Source: a virus (Duplodnaviria > Caudoviricetes). Taken from it: 25,982 nucleotides of DNA. Positions within the stretch are counted from its first letter, which is position 1; the number at the start of each line of letters is the position of its first letter. The stretch lies in the IMG/VR virus record IMGVR_UViG_3300030395_000058, positions 1 to 25,982 of that record. The stretch is one strand, 5' to 3'. The notes beneath the pieces were generated by a model, which worked only from the letters and a program-made list of their open reading frames with translations, was not told where the DNA came from and did not search any database. Of this stretch, positions 22,563 to 25,982 are shown in pieces. The position numbers were made by a program, and so were the translations under genes.

Positions 22563-25500
22563 GGCGATAAAAGGAGCACTAAAAGTATTTGCTGTCACCT
22601 TCTTGGTGATGACAGGTGTTGGTGCTGCTATGGGAGCTTTTGCTGCAGGTGGTGTAGGTTTCACTGGTGCACTTATCGGAAGTATGTCTATTGTTGGATT
22701 CTCAACTTTGGCAGCTGTCTCTACGCTAGTAAGTGGACTTCTATCTAAAGGCATAGAAGCTACACAAGGAAACTTTGGATCTAAGATCTCAGCAAGAAAT
22801 CCACAAGCTCATAGGGCGATTGTCTATGGCAAATGTAGAGTAGGTGGAACGATTACTCATGTGCAAACTTCAGGAACAGATAATAACCTTCTGACATTTG
22901 TAGTGGTCTTAGCAGGACACCCAATAGAAAGCCTAGAAAGTGTAAAGGTCAATGATACAGTTCTAACCACAACTACAAGCGGTGGTTTTAAAGTTGCTAC
23001 AAATTCATCATTCACAAACTCTGACAATGACAATGCTTTTACTGGTGGACGATTATTAAGATATAGATTTTTAAACGGAACACAAACATCAGCAGATTCA
23101 ACGATCACATCAAATTCTTCTCTTGGTAGTAGTGATATCTTTACAGATTGTGCAATCTTATTCATGCAATGCGTGTTTGATTCTGAAAAGTTTGGTGGTG
23201 GATTTCCTAGAGTCAGTGCAATTATCAAAGGTAAAAAAGTCTATGATCCTAGGACTGGAAACACTGCATGGTCAGATAATCCTGCCTTATGTGTCAGAGA
23301 CTATATTTCAGATACTACCTATGGACTCAAAGCAACAAATGATGAAATTGATGACACAACTGGTCTAGGTGGTTTTGCAGCTGCAGCAAATACTTGTGAA
23401 TCAGATGTCATTCCTGCAACAGCTACCACATCAGGAAGCACAACAAATCAAAATTTTGTGAACATTACAGCTGCTGCTACAAATACACTTATTGAAGCAG
23501 GAGATAAAGTCACTGGAACTGGTATTAGTGGCACTGTCTATGTAGTCAACAGAAGAGGATTAAGAGTAAATTTAAGCAGTAATCAGTCTATTGGCAGTGG
23601 TGTGACTTTAAGTTTTAGTCAACCTACATACAACTGCAACGGATTTACAACCATGGGAGCTGATGGTGCAGGTGTTCTTGAAGGTCTTTTAAGTTCTTGT
23701 GCAGGGAAACTTTCTTATGTCAACGGCAAATTTGTAATGTTTGCAGGAGCTACAGTGACTCCTGAGATGACAATTACAGATGATGATGTGTTGCAACCTT
23801 TGACAATAAACACAATGTCAGCAGGTGCTGAAAGCTACAACTGCGTAAAAGCTGTCTATGTTGACGCTAATCAGAACTATGTAGCAACAGATACACCGCT
23901 ATACACAAGCCTAACTCATCTAAACGCAGACACTCCTAGTGGCGAATCTACAGCAAACTATAGAAAGGAATTAGAAATACAGCTGCCATTCACCACAAGC
24001 GTCACAATGGCTCAGAGACTACAAAAAATACAGCTATCTCATCATAGAGAAAAAGTCGGTGTCAGTGTTGTAGTGCCAATAGAATATATACAGCTGCAAC
24101 CTTTTGACTGGATCTATCTAACAAATGAAAGGCTTGGTTATACCAACAAAGTTTTTGAGGTTTTAGAAAGTGAGGTAATGGTCATTGGAGAAAAAGACGC
24201 ACCATATCTAGGTGTGAAACTTATGCTCAAAGAGATCCAAAACTCAGTCTATGGTTTCTTAGCTTCTGACTATGAGAATCCATTGGACGAATCAGATGAA
24301 GATGATTATGGAGATTACAGTGTTTCAGCTCCAACATCTTTAGGTTTGACACAACAAACAACATCAGAAGGATCAGGCTATAAAGTAGATATCAAAGTAG
24401 CTTGGACTAATGCTGCAAGTGACAAGATTCAATCAACAGAGATCCAATATAAGCTATCTACAGACTCAGACTATACCTCAGATATTGTTGTTGGTAAGGG
24501 TGTCAGCAAAGCTCTAATACCGAATGTTGTTATAGGCAAAACCTACAATGTCAGAGCAGCTCATCAAGATGTCAACAATGTAAAGAGTGACTATACCTCA
24601 GCTGTCAATATAACTATTGCAGATCCGACAAGTATCTCAGCTCCATCTAGCTTTAGTATATCTAGCAATCCCATATCTATACTATTGAACTGGACTAACC
24701 CAAATAACCACAATTTAAGAGCTGTAAAGGTCTACAGGCACACTTCTAGCTTTACCCCTAGTGATGATACCTATCTAGTAGATAGTATCACTGGAGAGCC
24801 AAATGCGGTTCAAAGATTTGGTCAAGGTGCACATCACGGATTAAGTCCAAATACTACATATTATTTTGCTCTTAGAGCAATCTCTAATACAGGACTGCAC
24901 TCATCATTCACATCAGTCAAGACAGGCTCATTTACTTTAGACAAAGGAACAGTTGGGATTATTGACTTAGATGATGTTGATTCTGCTGCAAATACAAAGC
25001 TAGGTGGCATAGAAGCAAACGCAACAGTTGGTGGAACATTAGGCACAAATATCAAAGATAGTGGCAGCACTGTTCTCAATGATAGAGATGTCAGAAATGA
25101 TGATCTCTCAATAGACTTTACAGGCGGGACAACCTTTAGATTAAGAAAGGGATCAGGCGGAAATATTGCTAATGTAGACACTCAGACTTTTGACAAATCA
25201 AATGTTGGACTTTCAGACTTAGCGTCACTGGACAGCACCTCATCAACAAAGCTAGGCACTATAGAAGAAAACGCAACAGTTGGTGCAAAGCTAGGAACAA
25301 ATTTCAAAGACTCAAGCAACAATAATCTAGGTGACGAAGATGTCAGGAACAGTGACTTAGATATAGATACAGATGGCACGAATCTAAGGATTAAAAAAGG
25401 CACTACTGTAATCAATTCTACTACTGTAGATAAGTCAGTAGTAGGTTTAGGCAATGTCACAAATCACGCTCAAGTCAAATCCGATCTGTCTAATTTAACC

Positions 25501-25982
25501 ATCAATTCTAGTGATTTAGAGGTCAGCAGTGGCTCTCTACAGGCTAAAAACGCACTTAAGAATAGTCAGATATCTATCTCAGCTTCAGGCGGAACTGTCA
25601 CTTTAAATAACGCTTCTTCATCAAACAATACTTTTACAAAGACTGATGTGGGTCTTGGAAATGTGACAAATGAATCAAAGGCAACAATGTTTGCAAATCC
25701 TACTTTTACAGGCACTGTAGCGGGTGTTTCTGCTACTCATGTAGGTCTAGGAAATGTGACCAACCATGCTCAGGTGAAATCCGATCTGTCAAACTTGAGC
25801 ATAAATTCCTCAGATTTAGAAGTATCAGGTGGCAATCTACAAGCTAAAAACGCACTTAAGAATAGTCAGATCAACATACAAAAAGCAGGAGACGGCACAA
25901 TATCCTTAGATGGTGGTGGATCAGACACCATTAGTGTTTCAAAAAGTGATGTAGGTTTGAGCAATGTCACCAATCATGCTCA
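22555..25982 (+). CDS. Tail tip / central fibre (host-specificity, gpJ-like) protein, >1140 aa, truncated by window end; not in ORF track
   Basis: ATG 22555: MGKAIKGALKVFAVTFLV...IVYGKCRVGG...LAGHPIES...KGKKVYDPRTGNTAWSDNPALCVRDY...YNCNG...LEIQLPFTTS..MAQRL. Two Fn3-like segments (WTN...Y.VRA) follow, then repeats. No in-frame stop seen. Confidence 0.9.
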   Translation, partial: MGKAIKGALKVFAVTFLVMTGVGAAMGAFAAGGVGFTGALIGSMSIVGFSTLAAVSTLVSGLLSKGIEATQGNFGSKISARNPQAHRAIVYGKCRVGGTITHVQTSGTDNNLLTFVVVLAGHPIESLESVKVNDTVLTTTTSGGFKVATNSSFTNSDNDNAFTGGRLLRYRFLNGTQTSADSTITSNSSLGSSDIFTDCAILFMQCVFDSEKFGGGFPRVSAIIKGKKVYDPRTGNTAWSDNPALCVRDYISDTTYGLKATNDEIDDTTGLGGFAAAANTCESDVIPATATTSGSTTNQNFVNITAAATNTLIEAGDKVTGTGISGTVYVVNRRGLRVNLSSNQSIGSGVTLSFSQPTYNCNGFTTMGADGAGVLEGLLSSCAGKLSYVNGKFVMFAGATVTPEMTITDDDVLQPLTINTMSAGAESYNCVKAVYVDANQNYVATDTPLYTSLTHLNADTPSGESTANYRKELEIQLPFTTSVTMAQRLQKIQLSHHREKVGVSVVVPIEYIQLQPFDWIYLTNERLGYTNKVFEVLESEVMVIGEKDAPYLGVKLMLKEIQNSVYGFLASDYENPLDESDEDDYGDYSVSAPTSLGLTQQTTSEGSGYKVDIKVAWTNAASDKIQSTEIQYKLSTDSDYTSDIVVGKGVSKALIPNVVIGKTYNVRAAHQDVNNVKSDYTSAVNITIADPTSISAPSSFSISSNPISILLNWTNPNNHNLRAVKVYRHTSSFTPSDDTYLVDSITGEPNAVQRFGQGAHHGLSPNTTYYFALRAISNTGLHSSFTSVKTGSFTLDKGTVGIIDLDDVDSAANTKLGGIEANATVGGTLGTNIKDSGSTVLNDRDVRNDDLSIDFTGGTTFRLRKGSGGNIANVDTQTFDKSNVGLSDLASLDSTSSTKLGTIEENATVGAKLGTNFKDSSNNNLGDEDVRNSDLDIDTDGTNLRIKKGTTVINSTTVDKSVVGLGNVTNHAQVKSDLSNLTINSSDLEVSSGSLQAKNALKNSQISISASGGTVTLNNASSSNNTFTKTDVGLGNVTNESKATMFANPTFTGTVAGVSATHVGLGNVTNHAQVKSDLSNLSINSSDLEVSGGNLQAKNALKNSQINIQKAGDGTISLDGGGSDTISVSKSDVGLSNVTNHA
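24931..25982 (+). repeat. Protein-coding repeats in the tail tip C-terminal region
   Basis: TKLGxIExNATVGxxLGTNxKDS...DVRNxDL at 24994 and 25246 (252-nt offset). VGLGNVTNHAQVKSDLS...LQAKNALKNSQI at 25441 and 25741 (300-nt offset), restarting at 25951. An extra VGLGNVTNESKATMF at ~25648. Confidence 0.85.

Noticed and set aside
25441-25871. Repeat pair as diversity-generating retroelement TR/VR
   Set aside because: Differences are mostly synonymous and not adenine-specific, both copies are in-frame in one gene, and no reverse transcriptase is in the window.

Overview
This window is the virion-assembly region of a tailed bacteriophage with HK97-type head genes and a GTA/lambda-like non-contractile tail. 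Almost all genes are on the + strand. From left to right it holds the 5' end of a divergent Dam-like DNA methyltransferase (minus strand, missed by the ORF track), a prohead protease, the major capsid protein and a putative decoration protein. An ~11 kb accessory cassette follows, then head-tail joining genes, the tail tube, a tail chaperone with a lambda-type GGGAAAG -1 frameshift, the tape measure, Dit, hub, an NlpC/P60-like gene and a >1140-aa tail tip protein that runs off the window (also missed by the ORF track). The cassette is the highlight. It encodes a 1998-aa collagen fibre (~1400 Gly-X-Y residues, rich in X-Lys-Gly and Gly-X-Thr, with a C-terminal S74 autocleaving chaperone). Three translationally coupled enzymes follow: a 2OG-Fe(II) dioxygenase, an FkbM methyltransferase and a 616-aa GT25 + PLOD-type glycosyltransferase + lysyl hydroxylase fusion. 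This looks like a phage-encoded, animal-like collagen lysine hydroxylation/glycosylation system placed next to its probable substrate. A dispersed DNA motif, TCCGATCTG(TCA), also recurs about 9 times. All family calls come from recalled motifs, not database searches, so novelty is unverified.
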